A stretch of 64,000 bases of DNA from Candidatus Kaiserbacteria bacterium (GTDB lineage: Bacteria; Patescibacteriota; Minisyncoccia; Phycocordibacterales; UBA2100): NCBI GenBank assembly GCA_027083345.1, contig JALWOZ010000008.1:5006-69005 (forward strand), in the 5' to 3' direction. A model generated the notes under the pieces. That model did not search any database, was not told the DNA's origin, and saw only the letters and a program-made list of their open reading frames with translations. Position numbers and translations under genes: made by a program. Below are positions 1 through 8,359 of this stretch, one piece after another; within the stretch, counting starts at the first letter, position 1; every line of letters begins with the position of its first letter.

Positions 1-1097
1 GGATAAATAACATACAAAAGAAGTTTGGCTACCAAGCTGTAACCATACCCCACATTACCAAAAGTGACTTATACAAAACCTCTGGGCATTGGGAGAAGTT
101 TGGAGAGGAGCTATTTAAAGTTAGGGGTCAAAGCAATGTGGAGTTTGTAATGAAGCCGATGAACTGCCCCCACCACACTCAAATATACGCCAGCTCTCCA
201 AAAAGCTATAAAGACCTCCCAATACGCTATGCAGAATCCACAATGGTCTACAGAGATGAGCAGGCAGGAGAGCTACTTGGCCTTGCCAGAGTGCGCTCTA
301 TAACTCAAGACGATGGGCATGTATTTTGTACTAAAGAACAAATAAACCAAGAGGTTAATAACATAATCTCTGTTATAAAAGAGTTTTACTCATCTCTAGG
401 TATGTTTGAAGATGGTAAGTTCTGGGTCTCTGTCTCTGTACGAGACAAGAATGATATGAGCAAATATTTAGGCGACCCAAAAATCTGGGACGATGCAGAG
501 GCAACTCTGGAGCAAATAGTAAAAGACAATAACTTTAAATACAAAGTAGTGCCCGGAGAGGCAGCCTTTTATGGGCCTAAAATAGACTTTATGTTTTTTG
601 ATGCACTGGGCAGAGAGAGGCAGTTAGCTACAGCTCAATTGGACTTTGTGATGCCAGAGAGGTTTGGGCTAGAGTACACAGACAAGAGTGGCAAAAAACA
701 AACTCCAGTGATGATACACCGTGCCATAGCCGGCTCTCTTGAGAGATTCTTAAGCATAATGATAGAGCACTTTGCAGGACACTTCCCCACTTGGCTCTCT
801 CCCGAGCAAGTACGCATAGTACCCGTTGCAGAGGCTCATAACCCATATGCTAATAAAATATTAACAGAATTATCTGATATAGACATAAGAGCTACTATAG
901 CAAATGCAACAGACTCATTAGGCAAAAGAATACGCAATAGCAAAAAGAGCAAGATCCCCTACATATTGGTATTAGGAGATAAAGAGGAAAAAGAGCAAAC
1001 AATAACTGCCGAATTGCCTAATGGCGAAAAACTAGAGATGCCGACAGCAGACTTTAAAAATCATATACTCAAAGAGGTGGGCACACCCACAAACTAA
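1..1097 (+). CDS. thrS: Threonyl-tRNA synthetase, 5'-truncated by the window edge
   Basis: Frame is open from position 3 (..PHITKSDLYKTSGHWEKF..). Motifs KPMNCPHH, YRDEQAGELLGLARVR, GEAAFYGPKID, MIHRAIAGSLERF and a C-terminal anticodon-binding domain. Confidence 0.97.
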   Translation, partial: INNIQKKFGYQAVTIPHITKSDLYKTSGHWEKFGEELFKVRGQSNVEFVMKPMNCPHHTQIYASSPKSYKDLPIRYAESTMVYRDEQAGELLGLARVRSITQDDGHVFCTKEQINQEVNNIISVIKEFYSSLGMFEDGKFWVSVSVRDKNDMSKYLGDPKIWDDAEATLEQIVKDNNFKYKVVPGEAAFYGPKIDFMFFDALGRERQLATAQLDFVMPERFGLEYTDKSGKKQTPVMIHRAIAGSLERFLSIMIEHFAGHFPTWLSPEQVRIVPVAEAHNPYANKILTELSDIDIRATIANATDSLGKRIRNSKKSKIPYILVLGDKEEKEQTITAELPNGEKLEMPTADFKNHILKEVGTPTN

Positions 1098-1879
1098 CTA
1101 TCAACAACACTACGAGTAAGCACAATCTTGGGGTACTCTCCGGACTTGTCTAATATTATTTCGTCTTTAAATGTCTCTTGTAGAGTCTCTACTGCTCTCT
1201 CTACTGCAGGGTGCTCTTGTGGTAGTTGCTCTTGTTTTTGCTCAGTATTTATAGTATCAGCACTTTTATCACCATCATCGTCTAATTGACTCAATACATA
1301 GTCTATATCTTTAACTACCTCTTTAACGGAGACCTCCTGTTGTGTATTGAGTTGGGCTACTTTTTGAGAGTTGGTACTACCACTATCTCTGGGGTGCCAA
1401 TCGTCATCTGGATTCACCCCATCAAAGTCAACTACAGCAAAATCCTCTTCAGAAAATTCGTCTGGCATCTGCCCAACCCTACTCACCTTAAGCTCCTCCT
1501 CTACCGCCCTTTTGACTCTCTCTTCAACCTCTGGGTCTATGGTTAGATTATTATACTCTCTATCCGCCTTTGGGTTCTCTTCTACAATATGCTCATTTAT
1601 TTGTATTTGTGGTGAAGGTGTAGGAATAGATACGGAAGTAGATATATACTCTGGGGTTTGATCAACAATAATATGCTCCATTCTGGTGCCCTTCTGCCCT
1701 ATGAAAATCTTAACCAAACCGGCAAATAACTTGTTAATGAGCCACAAATTACTCAAGATTATATGCGCTATAAAAAAGCTCCACAAAGCAAGAGCCACCC
1801 AAAAAAGAGAGTTATACACTGGCCCATAATCAAAGCCCATATTTTGTAATTGCACTATTGTGTCTACTGAGTTATCCAT
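1094..1879 (-). CDS. Hypothetical protein, one N-terminal TM helix and an acidic low-complexity tail
   Basis: ORF 1094..1909; start moved to ATG 1879, which follows TGGTACAAT. Hydrophobic LFWVALALWSFFIAHIIL, then D/E-rich. Confidence 0.7.
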   Translation of the reverse strand: MDNSVDTIVQLQNMGFDYGPVYNSLFWVALALWSFFIAHIILSNLWLINKLFAGLVKIFIGQKGTRMEHIIVDQTPEYISTSVSIPTPSPQIQINEHIVEENPKADREYNNLTIDPEVEERVKRAVEEELKVSRVGQMPDEFSEEDFAVVDFDGVNPDDDWHPRDSGSTNSQKVAQLNTQQEVSVKEVVKDIDYVLSQLDDDGDKSADTINTEQKQEQLPQEHPAVERAVETLQETFKDEIILDKSGEYPKIVLTRSVVDS

Positions 1880-1896
1880 AAAAATATTGTACCATA

Positions 1897-1940
1897 AAAT
1901 TAAAAACACTCCGCCTTGTGAGCAGAGTGTCTTTAATTTT
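1897..1940. terminator. Probable intrinsic terminator after the repeat-protein gene
   Basis: Imperfect inverted repeat aaattaaaaacactc...gagtgtctttaattt with A/T flanks. Confidence 0.55.
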
Positions 1941-1987
1941 CATTTTGGAGCTAAGTTCAATAACTATAGGCGACGGCTTTTGAGTTA

Positions 1988-3322
1988 TTAAACCCTATAT
2001 AATCTCCTCCTGCGACTATCTAGACCTAGAATCGTCAATATGTTACCTCCTTGTGCGTAAAGAGCATATAGTGCGCTTAATGCCAATACTGCGTATAGTG
2101 CTAACCATATTGGGTCATCAAATCCTGTATATGGAGCATCTGATAGAGTAACTGTTTTATAAGTAGGTACTACTGAACTTGTTAGGGTTACTGTAGGATT
2201 AGTATATGTAGGTGTATATATCTGCTTATTTTGTACAGGGATGTATACATTACATGTCTTGCTTGCTCCCGTAGAAGTATCCCTCACTATGGCATAACAG
2301 GTTGTATTGCTCTGTGGGTAGATAGACCTTGTGCCTATCGCCGACACACGAGAGTTACCCAATACTCCTCCTGTACAATACACGTCTGTTGTGTCTCCAA
2401 GACTCGTAGCCCATGAGAGAGTTACTTTAGCTCCATTGTATCTGCTTGGAGTAGCATACATAGAACATTGAGGAGTAGAGACTGTGGTTGGAGGGTGGTA
2501 AACAGGATACACTGGTGTTACTGCTACTGGTGCTGGAGTTACTGTATTTGTGTTTACGTTATTATTAACATTGTTGTTCACTATATTTATTGGTGTTGCT
2601 GTTGGATATGTCGGAGCCGGTGGGTACACAATCACTGGAGGCTCGTAAACTGGCGGATTATATACTGGAGGCTCGTATACAGGAGGGTTGTAAGTAGGTG
2701 GCTCGTTATAATCTATAACTACAGGGGTATTATATGTAACTGAGGTACTATGGTCATCATAATCATATACTACTTTTGATGGTACGAACTTACCATACTT
2801 AGAGTATGTCTTCGTTTTAGTCTTTGAGCCGTAGTTGCTATAAGTCTTAGCTTTTGTCTTATAACCATAATTTGAGTATGTTTTTGTTTTAGTCTTTGAT
2901 CCGTAGTTAATGTACTTGGACTTTGTCTTAGTCTTATGTCCGTAATTAGAGTATGTCTTAACTTTAGGTTTTGAAGAACCGTAATTAGAGTATGACTTAG
3001 CTCTTGTTGTTGAACCGTAGTTTGAGTATGTTTTACCTAAAGACTTTGATGATCCATAATTAGAATATGTTTTTGTTTTAGACTTTGAGCCGTAGTTACT
3101 ATAAGACTTGGTTTTTGTTTTGTGCCCATAGCTTGAGTATGACTTAGCTCTAGATTTTGAACCATAATTTGAGTATGTTTTTACTCTAGACTTTGAGCCG
3201 TAGTTACTGTAAGTCTTTTGTAGAGACCCACCTGCACTAACCACACTAGCAGTGCTTAGCAACATAACAGGTATCATAAGCATACCTATCACTATTTTGT
3301 TTATGTTAATAATATTCTTCAT
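1988..3322 (-). CDS. Secreted Lys/Tyr/Ser repeat surface protein with Pro-rich linker, Cys-flanked Ig-like domain and APYTG sorting signal
   Basis: Signal peptide (..SVVSA); 12 K(T/S)YSNYG repeats; PPVY repeats; PQC..LSW..C domain; C-terminal LSDAPYTG, hydrophobic helix, RRRR. Confidence 0.85.
   Translation of the reverse strand: MKNIININKIVIGMLMIPVMLLSTASVVSAGGSLQKTYSNYGSKSRVKTYSNYGSKSRAKSYSSYGHKTKTKSYSNYGSKSKTKTYSNYGSSKSLGKTYSNYGSTTRAKSYSNYGSSKPKVKTYSNYGHKTKTKSKYINYGSKTKTKTYSNYGYKTKAKTYSNYGSKTKTKTYSKYGKFVPSKVVYDYDDHSTSVTYNTPVVIDYNEPPTYNPPVYEPPVYNPPVYEPPVIVYPPAPTYPTATPINIVNNNVNNNVNTNTVTPAPVAVTPVYPVYHPPTTVSTPQCSMYATPSRYNGAKVTLSWATSLGDTTDVYCTGGVLGNSRVSAIGTRSIYPQSNTTCYAIVRDTSTGASKTCNVYIPVQNKQIYTPTYTNPTVTLTSSVVPTYKTVTLSDAPYTGFDDPIWLALYAVLALSALYALYAQGGNILTILGLDSRRRRLYRV
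2792..3217 (-). repeat. Coding tandem repeat, 12 units of about 12 aa (K[TS]YSNYG-xKxKx)
   Basis: Counted in the translation. Codons for YSNYG vary synonymously between units. Confidence 0.9.
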
Positions 3323-3469
3323 GTTTTTTATATCTACTTACTTAATAATCCTCTTAATGCCTATATACTACCATATAATCTCCGGTATGTCAAGCTTTTT
3401 ATATGAGAAAGGGCGGAATCATTGACTCAATAAGTTATTGAGTATAACTCCGCCCATTCCCCCAATTTG

Positions 3470-3805
3470 TTATTCCCAGGGGCCTGGCGAGGCCCCGCCC
3501 CGCTCCAGGCATGTGTCAATCACATGCCTGATGTCCGGATTCCTCAGAAGGGAATCCTCAAATCGAAATCCGAAGCCCTCCATGAGGAGGACCCCACCAA
3601 TCGTACGGTCTTCGACTACGACCTCATAGTCGTAGTCCTCGTTGATAACCCCACCCGCCTCCTCGCGGGGGGTCATATCTGCCTCAATGAGGCAGGACTC
3701 GATATTCATCAAGTCCTGCCTCAGGTCCTCCTGCCCGAAGGCAGGGATGGCGGTCAGGGCGGTGGCGGTCAGGGCAGCGATGACGGTCAGGATGGTGATT
3801 TTCAT
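3470..3805 (-). CDS. Small secreted acidic protein in a GC-rich, hairpin-dense cassette
   Basis: MKITILTVIAALTATALTAIPAFG signal peptide; GGAGAG upstream of ATG 3805; about 61% GC counted over 3481-3780. Confidence 0.7.
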   Translation of the reverse strand: MKITILTVIAALTATALTAIPAFGQEDLRQDLMNIESCLIEADMTPREEAGGVINEDYDYEVVVEDRTIGGVLLMEGFGFRFEDSLLRNPDIRHVIDTCLERGGASPGPWE

Positions 3806-3962
3806 TTTCTCTCTCCGTTTTTGCAAGGCCGTTGTGGCCTTGCTTCAAAGGTAGGTGAGTATCTCTCAACCCACCTAATTAAAGCATTTAATATAACGCG
3901 CTAATTAGGTGAGTTGAGGGATTACCGCCAAACACACATAACAAATTGGGTTCTAAAAGAAC

Positions 3963-3998
3963 AGCTCAAGCAAGAGTACTCGTACTCTTGCTTGAGCT
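3963..3998. repeat. Perfect inverted repeat, 17-bp arms
   Basis: agctcaagcaagagtac-tc-gtactcttgcttgagct, just downstream of a minus-strand TGTTATAAT (about 4004-4012). Confidence 0.9.
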
Positions 3999-4048
3999 TG
4001 CATATTATAACATATTAGTTGTAGAGTGTCAATATTATACTCTAAAAA

Positions 4049-4762
4049 TTATGGCAACACCACCACCGTACTGCCTATACCTAATGTCTGCTGTACTAAG
4101 TCGGCATCTGACTTTAGAGCGTTAACACAACCATGTGAAGAATCTAAATATAAATATGTTTTTTGGACTTTTGTATCAGGATTTGTAAAAGTTCGGAAGT
4201 TAGGACTCCCATGAAAGGCTATACCACGCCTAGACTCAAAAAAGCTTGCCCACGCCATATTAGGCTTCTCCGGGTCACTAGCGGGGAACTCTCTAGATGA
4301 ATAATCCTCACCTTCTTGCCGAGTTATATTAAACTTACCCTCCGGAGTACTCAACCCAGCACTAGTCATAGCTGTGCCAACCGGCCCGGTACGCAAAAGC
4401 TTACCATCTTTAAAGAGCCAAAAACGATGGAATCTTTTACTTATTATAAGCCCTGTGTCTGCGCCGAGTATCTGCTCTGGGTCTGGCACCGGTATAGACT
4501 GTCGCATTATATCATCTACTAGTACCAAACTCCCCTGCTCTTTGCTATTTACAGGGTCTGGTACGATATCTGCCCACTCTGCCGGCTCCGGCACAGACTC
4601 ATTAGCTTCAGGCTCGTCTCCTAATACGAGTGATGCCAAAGTAGCACCTGCACCCGCCAAAAACCCCCGCCTAGATGTAGTCGATGCTCTACCAGTCTCT
4701 ATGTCTTTTGTTGAGTCGGTTTCCTCAACTTTTTTATTATGTTTATTATGCAATTGCTCCAT
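4049..4762 (-). CDS. L,D-transpeptidase (YkuD family) with twin-arginine-like N-terminus
   Basis: TPEGKFNI, IAFHGS, SHGCVN catalytic motifs; SRRGFLAGAG. Start moved to ATG 4762 after TGTTATAAT. Confidence 0.88.
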   Translation of the reverse strand: MEQLHNKHNKKVEETDSTKDIETGRASTTSRRGFLAGAGATLASLVLGDEPEANESVPEPAEWADIVPDPVNSKEQGSLVLVDDIMRQSIPVPDPEQILGADTGLIISKRFHRFWLFKDGKLLRTGPVGTAMTSAGLSTPEGKFNITRQEGEDYSSREFPASDPEKPNMAWASFFESRRGIAFHGSPNFRTFTNPDTKVQKTYLYLDSSHGCVNALKSDADLVQQTLGIGSTVVVLP

Positions 4763-4810
4763 ATACAGAGCATTATAACACAAAAATATTTATATCTGCT
4801 ATATACCTTT

Positions 4811-5635
4811 TTATTTAGAACTCTTAACCTTACTCATTATAAATATAAGCAATATAATCAAAACTAAGAATACTACTCCTACGGGTATTGCTATCTTTTT
4901 AAATGCTTCTCCAAACAATCCCCCCGAACCAGAACCATTAGTAGGATCTGTGCTTGTAGCAGTTGGGTCTGTACTGGTACTTATCGGATCCACCTCTACC
5001 TTAACCTTAACTATAGCTCCACATGTCCCTGTTATACCAGCATCATTTAAGACCGTCATGTTGTATGCTGTGTCTTTAGTAGGAGTTACTATACGAGAGC
5101 CACTCACAGTATTAACATGTCCTATACCGCTATCTATAAAGGCTACTGTAGCTCCTATAGTCGTCCACTGCAACTCTATAGCCCCACTTGGGGTTATGGC
5201 GGGGACAAGTGAGCATACCGGCTTAGGCAACTGATCATCACCAACCTCTACTACAGCTCCACATTGCTTTTTATTAACCAATCTATAGGCAACTCTACTA
5301 CAAGTTGTACAAACCTCTCCTGAGTCATCTGTATCTACACTTGAGGCTCTAGCACTAGAGTATGAATAATTATATGGATTAGAGTATGTATAAGTCGCAT
5401 TACTGTCAGGGGTAGAATAATTATCATAATAATACCCGCTACTACTCTGTGTATACACTACATGAGGCTGATAAACCTGCTGAGCAGGCATATTATTGGT
5501 ATTTATATTATTATTTACATTATTATTTACATTATTATTTGCTATATTAACTTGTGCAAAGCTAATATTGGGCAAAGACCCTATAGAAGTCAAGACAAAT
5601 ACTAAACCAAATAATACGCTGTTTATGTTTTTCAT
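4811..5635 (-). CDS. Secreted, C-terminally membrane-anchored protein with Asn-rich segment and Cys-flanked Ig-like domain
   Basis: Signal peptide; NNNVNNNVNNN; PVC..LQWTT..IDSGIG..C domain; TM helix followed by KVKSSK. Confidence 0.8.
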   Translation of the reverse strand: MKNINSVLFGLVFVLTSIGSLPNISFAQVNIANNNVNNNVNNNINTNNMPAQQVYQPHVVYTQSSSGYYYDNYSTPDSNATYTYSNPYNYSYSSARASSVDTDDSGEVCTTCSRVAYRLVNKKQCGAVVEVGDDQLPKPVCSLVPAITPSGAIELQWTTIGATVAFIDSGIGHVNTVSGSRIVTPTKDTAYNMTVLNDAGITGTCGAIVKVKVEVDPISTSTDPTATSTDPTNGSGSGGLFGEAFKKIAIPVGVVFLVLIILLIFIMSKVKSSK

Positions 5636-5737
5636 ATAAGTATTATAGTACCATATAAATAGCTACGTGTCAATACTCCTGCCTATATTACCGCGTCAAA
5701 AACAGTTATAATAGGATGCGCTTAACAAAAAATTATA

Positions 5738-6292
5738 TTAGACAAATAATGTTTTACGGGCATTAGTAGCTACAAAACCTGCAGTTAACAACATAACTAA
5801 CAAAAATAGTGTGTATATAACATTCTCTGCCATACCTGTATAAGGCGCATTACCTAAGTTGACACTACTACCTGCCGGATAGATAGCTAGAGTCTGTAAT
5901 ACAACATTGGGATTAACTGCGCTGATAGTACCATCTCCATTAACAACAGCTATGGTAGAGCAATACCCTCCCTCTCCTTGTGAGTTCCAGCTATGCATTG
6001 TGTATATAGTGTATTTATCAGGTGATACAAACATCTCTCCATCTGGAGCTATATTACCTATACCATTGTCTAAACTGGCAAATATAGCACCCTCCGTAGA
6101 TGTCCACTTTAGTTTAGCCATATTAACTCCATTGCCCATAGGTACTAAAGTTATAGTACAACTTGGCACTAGAGATCCTTTATTCTTTGAAGCGTTAACT
6201 ACACCAAAGGAACTAAATAAAACCAAAGTAGCTATTAAAGCCATGCTACTAAATTTACCTGCTAAAATTAAAAAGTTATTCATAATGCGCAC
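5738..6292 (-). CDS. Secreted Ig-like protein with APYTG sorting signal
   Basis: Signal peptide; PSC..LKWTS..LDNGIG..C domain; LGNAPYTG, TM helix, RK tail. Confidence 0.8.
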   Translation of the reverse strand: MRIMNNFLILAGKFSSMALIATLVLFSSFGVVNASKNKGSLVPSCTITLVPMGNGVNMAKLKWTSTEGAIFASLDNGIGNIAPDGEMFVSPDKYTIYTMHSWNSQGEGGYCSTIAVVNGDGTISAVNPNVVLQTLAIYPAGSSVNLGNAPYTGMAENVIYTLFLLVMLLTAGFVATNARKTLFV

Positions 6293-6378
6293 TTATAATA
6301 AATTATTAAATAATGTTATTAATGATATAACCATAGATAGTACATAAAGTCAATACTTACTAACGTACCTTACTCACA

Positions 6379-7059
6379 TTATTGCTCTAAAGATACATCT
6401 CTAGGATAACTGCCAACAAAGTCGGCTGTAACTATCCACCTATCAGCCTTTTTGCCTAAGGTATTACAAGTAACCAATGTAATCTGCTGTACTCCTGGCT
6501 TTGGAGTAAAGTCTATTATAGCGTCGGAGGCCTTCCTCATCTCTTTATTGCTCACTGTATATACATATTCTTTATCTCCACTTATAAGCTTTATAACATT
6601 ACCCTCCTCTAAATGTGGGACCTGATTAAAAGCTTGATACATCTTATTGTGCACCGTACGATAGCTAGTAGAATGGCCTAAAATAAGCATATTACCGTCT
6701 CTACCTAAAGTACCTGAACCCGGATAACGGATAATAGATGTTAACAACTCTTGGTTCAGCACTTTTACATCTGTTGTATTCGGATTAGTTAAAGGTAAAT
6801 CCACTCCAAAGGCAGGCATAGTGAGTCTGGTCGGTAGGATAACCCTAGTCTCAACCGGTTTGAGCTTCTCTTGTTCTGCCTTTTTCTGCTCTTCCTCTAA
6901 TCTTTTTACAACTTCTGCTCTCTCTTTATTGCTCAGAGACCCGTCTACATAATAAGGTACAAAACCTACAGAATTTAATACTGTTAAAGATAATACAAAT
7001 ACCCACGCAGTAACAACTATATATAAAAATCCACTAGGTTTGTTTCTACCTGCTATCAT
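6379..7059 (-). CDS. Sortase family transpeptidase
   Basis: N-terminal TM; YPGSGTLGRDGNMLILGHS (His), ITLVTC (Cys), DRWIV (Arg) match the sortase triad. Confidence 0.92.
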   Translation of the reverse strand: MIAGRNKPSGFLYIVVTAWVFVLSLTVLNSVGFVPYYVDGSLSNKERAEVVKRLEEEQKKAEQEKLKPVETRVILPTRLTMPAFGVDLPLTNPNTTDVKVLNQELLTSIIRYPGSGTLGRDGNMLILGHSTSYRTVHNKMYQAFNQVPHLEEGNVIKLISGDKEYVYTVSNKEMRKASDAIIDFTPKPGVQQITLVTCNTLGKKADRWIVTADFVGSYPRDVSLEQ

Positions 7060-7190
7060 ATTTACCTAATTGTAACACATGGGCACAAGGCACAACTTAT
7101 TGACACAAGGTCGTATATATGGTAATAAACAGTTAAATAATACTTTTAATAAGCAATTTATTAATTTAATAATCATTAATTTATCAAAAT

Positions 7191-8228
7191 ATGACGGACA
7201 ATAATACATATGAGGCAGAGAGTCGTGGAGTAGCAATGAACATTTTTGCCATTCTTGGATTTATAGCAATTCTACTCGCAGGACTTTGGGCTACCATGCA
7301 ACTGGTCAGGCAAGTATCTAACATATCTACCTCTTTTAATAAGCCGGGTATTACTCTTCCGTTTTTAGCAGATAAGAGCAAGTTGGCTTTGGTAGACAAT
7401 AGAGATGCTATACAATCTGGAGAGAGTACTAAAATAGCTTGGACACTTGGCAAAAATAAGAGAGAGGCTGAGGGTAGTATTGTTACCTTATCTTATGCTT
7501 GTAAGTATGGGGTATACTTGAAGGTATTAAACCCAACTACAGACGAGTATAATGCCTTACCATGTAATGCATCATATAACGTACCGGCCACAGACTCGGA
7601 TATCTCTATTATACCGATACTAACAGACAATAAAGATAGCGAGGTTGCATTTTCTCTGACTTATACACCAACTAAAGGTTCTGACGAATCTGTAAACGGA
7701 ATACTAAAAGTAGTGAATAAGAGTGCTCTAACTACAAAAACAACTACTGAAAATCCTAATTCTAAAGGTACTATAACTCCAAAAACTACAGATAAGGAAG
7801 GAATAGTGGGCCACAGACAAGTTGTAAACCCTCCTAAAAAGACTATAAAGAAAACCATAAAACAAGTTGTTGTGCCCGTGAGGAGATCCAACCCTAATGG
7901 GCTACCAGATCTTACAGTACGTATATTGCAAATTATTCCTATAAACAGCACAGGTAAGGTGTCTGTAAAGCTAGAGGTGTCTAACATAGGCACAAAAGTA
8001 GCAAAAGGTTGGACATTAACCGCAACCCTACCAACTAATCCTGCATATACATATACATCAGGTACTCAAAGCGCACTATATGCCGGGGAGCGAGCTGAGA
8101 TGCTGTTGACCTTTGACAAGGTTAAGCCAGGTGCAAATGCATTACTATTAACCGTAGATGCATCAAACTCAATAACGGAATCTTCAGAGACGAATAATTC
8201 TGCATCTGGGATTATTACTACTCAATAA
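7191..8228 (+). CDS. Membrane-anchored surface protein with C-terminal CARDB-like domain
   Basis: N-terminal TM; PDLTVRI..VSNIGT..VDASNSITESSETNN is a CARDB-type signature. Confidence 0.75.
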   Translation: MTDNNTYEAESRGVAMNIFAILGFIAILLAGLWATMQLVRQVSNISTSFNKPGITLPFLADKSKLALVDNRDAIQSGESTKIAWTLGKNKREAEGSIVTLSYACKYGVYLKVLNPTTDEYNALPCNASYNVPATDSDISIIPILTDNKDSEVAFSLTYTPTKGSDESVNGILKVVNKSALTTKTTTENPNSKGTITPKTTDKEGIVGHRQVVNPPKKTIKKTIKQVVVPVRRSNPNGLPDLTVRILQIIPINSTGKVSVKLEVSNIGTKVAKGWTLTATLPTNPAYTYTSGTQSALYAGERAEMLLTFDKVKPGANALLLTVDASNSITESSETNNSASGIITTQ

Positions 8229-8287
8229 AATCTTGCAAAAACAATTAGATTTTGTATAATCCAGTAGTTCTAAAAATTATTAACACG

Positions 8288-8349
8288 GAGAATGCTTAAC
8301 CCTCTCACCGCGAATACTCAAAGGTACGATGGTGACAGAGGCAGACTCT
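8288..8349 (+). promoter_or_regulatory. Structured 5' leader of rpsA
   Basis: Long imperfect hairpin (cctct/agagg, cacc/ggtg, tac/gta) between a TTGCAA..TATAAT promoter (about 8233-8260) and ATG 8360. Confidence 0.45.
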
Positions 8350-8359
8350 AACAATTATT

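Noticed and set aside
2792-3217. 36-39 bp periodic repeats as a CRISPR array
   Set aside because: Units are in-frame, vary synonymously and have no unique spacers; no cas genes are present.
3467-3904. 145-aa plus-strand ORF as a separate gene
   Set aside because: It is the codon-aligned antisense shadow of the GC-rich minus-strand gene, which has the signal peptide, SD and promoter. Noted only within the cassette finding.
3411-4012. Integron cassette (attC) or IS/MITE interpretation of the hairpin cassette
   Set aside because: I found no integron integrase or transposase, no convincing RYYYAAC..GTTRRRY box pair, and no terminal inverted repeats with target duplication.
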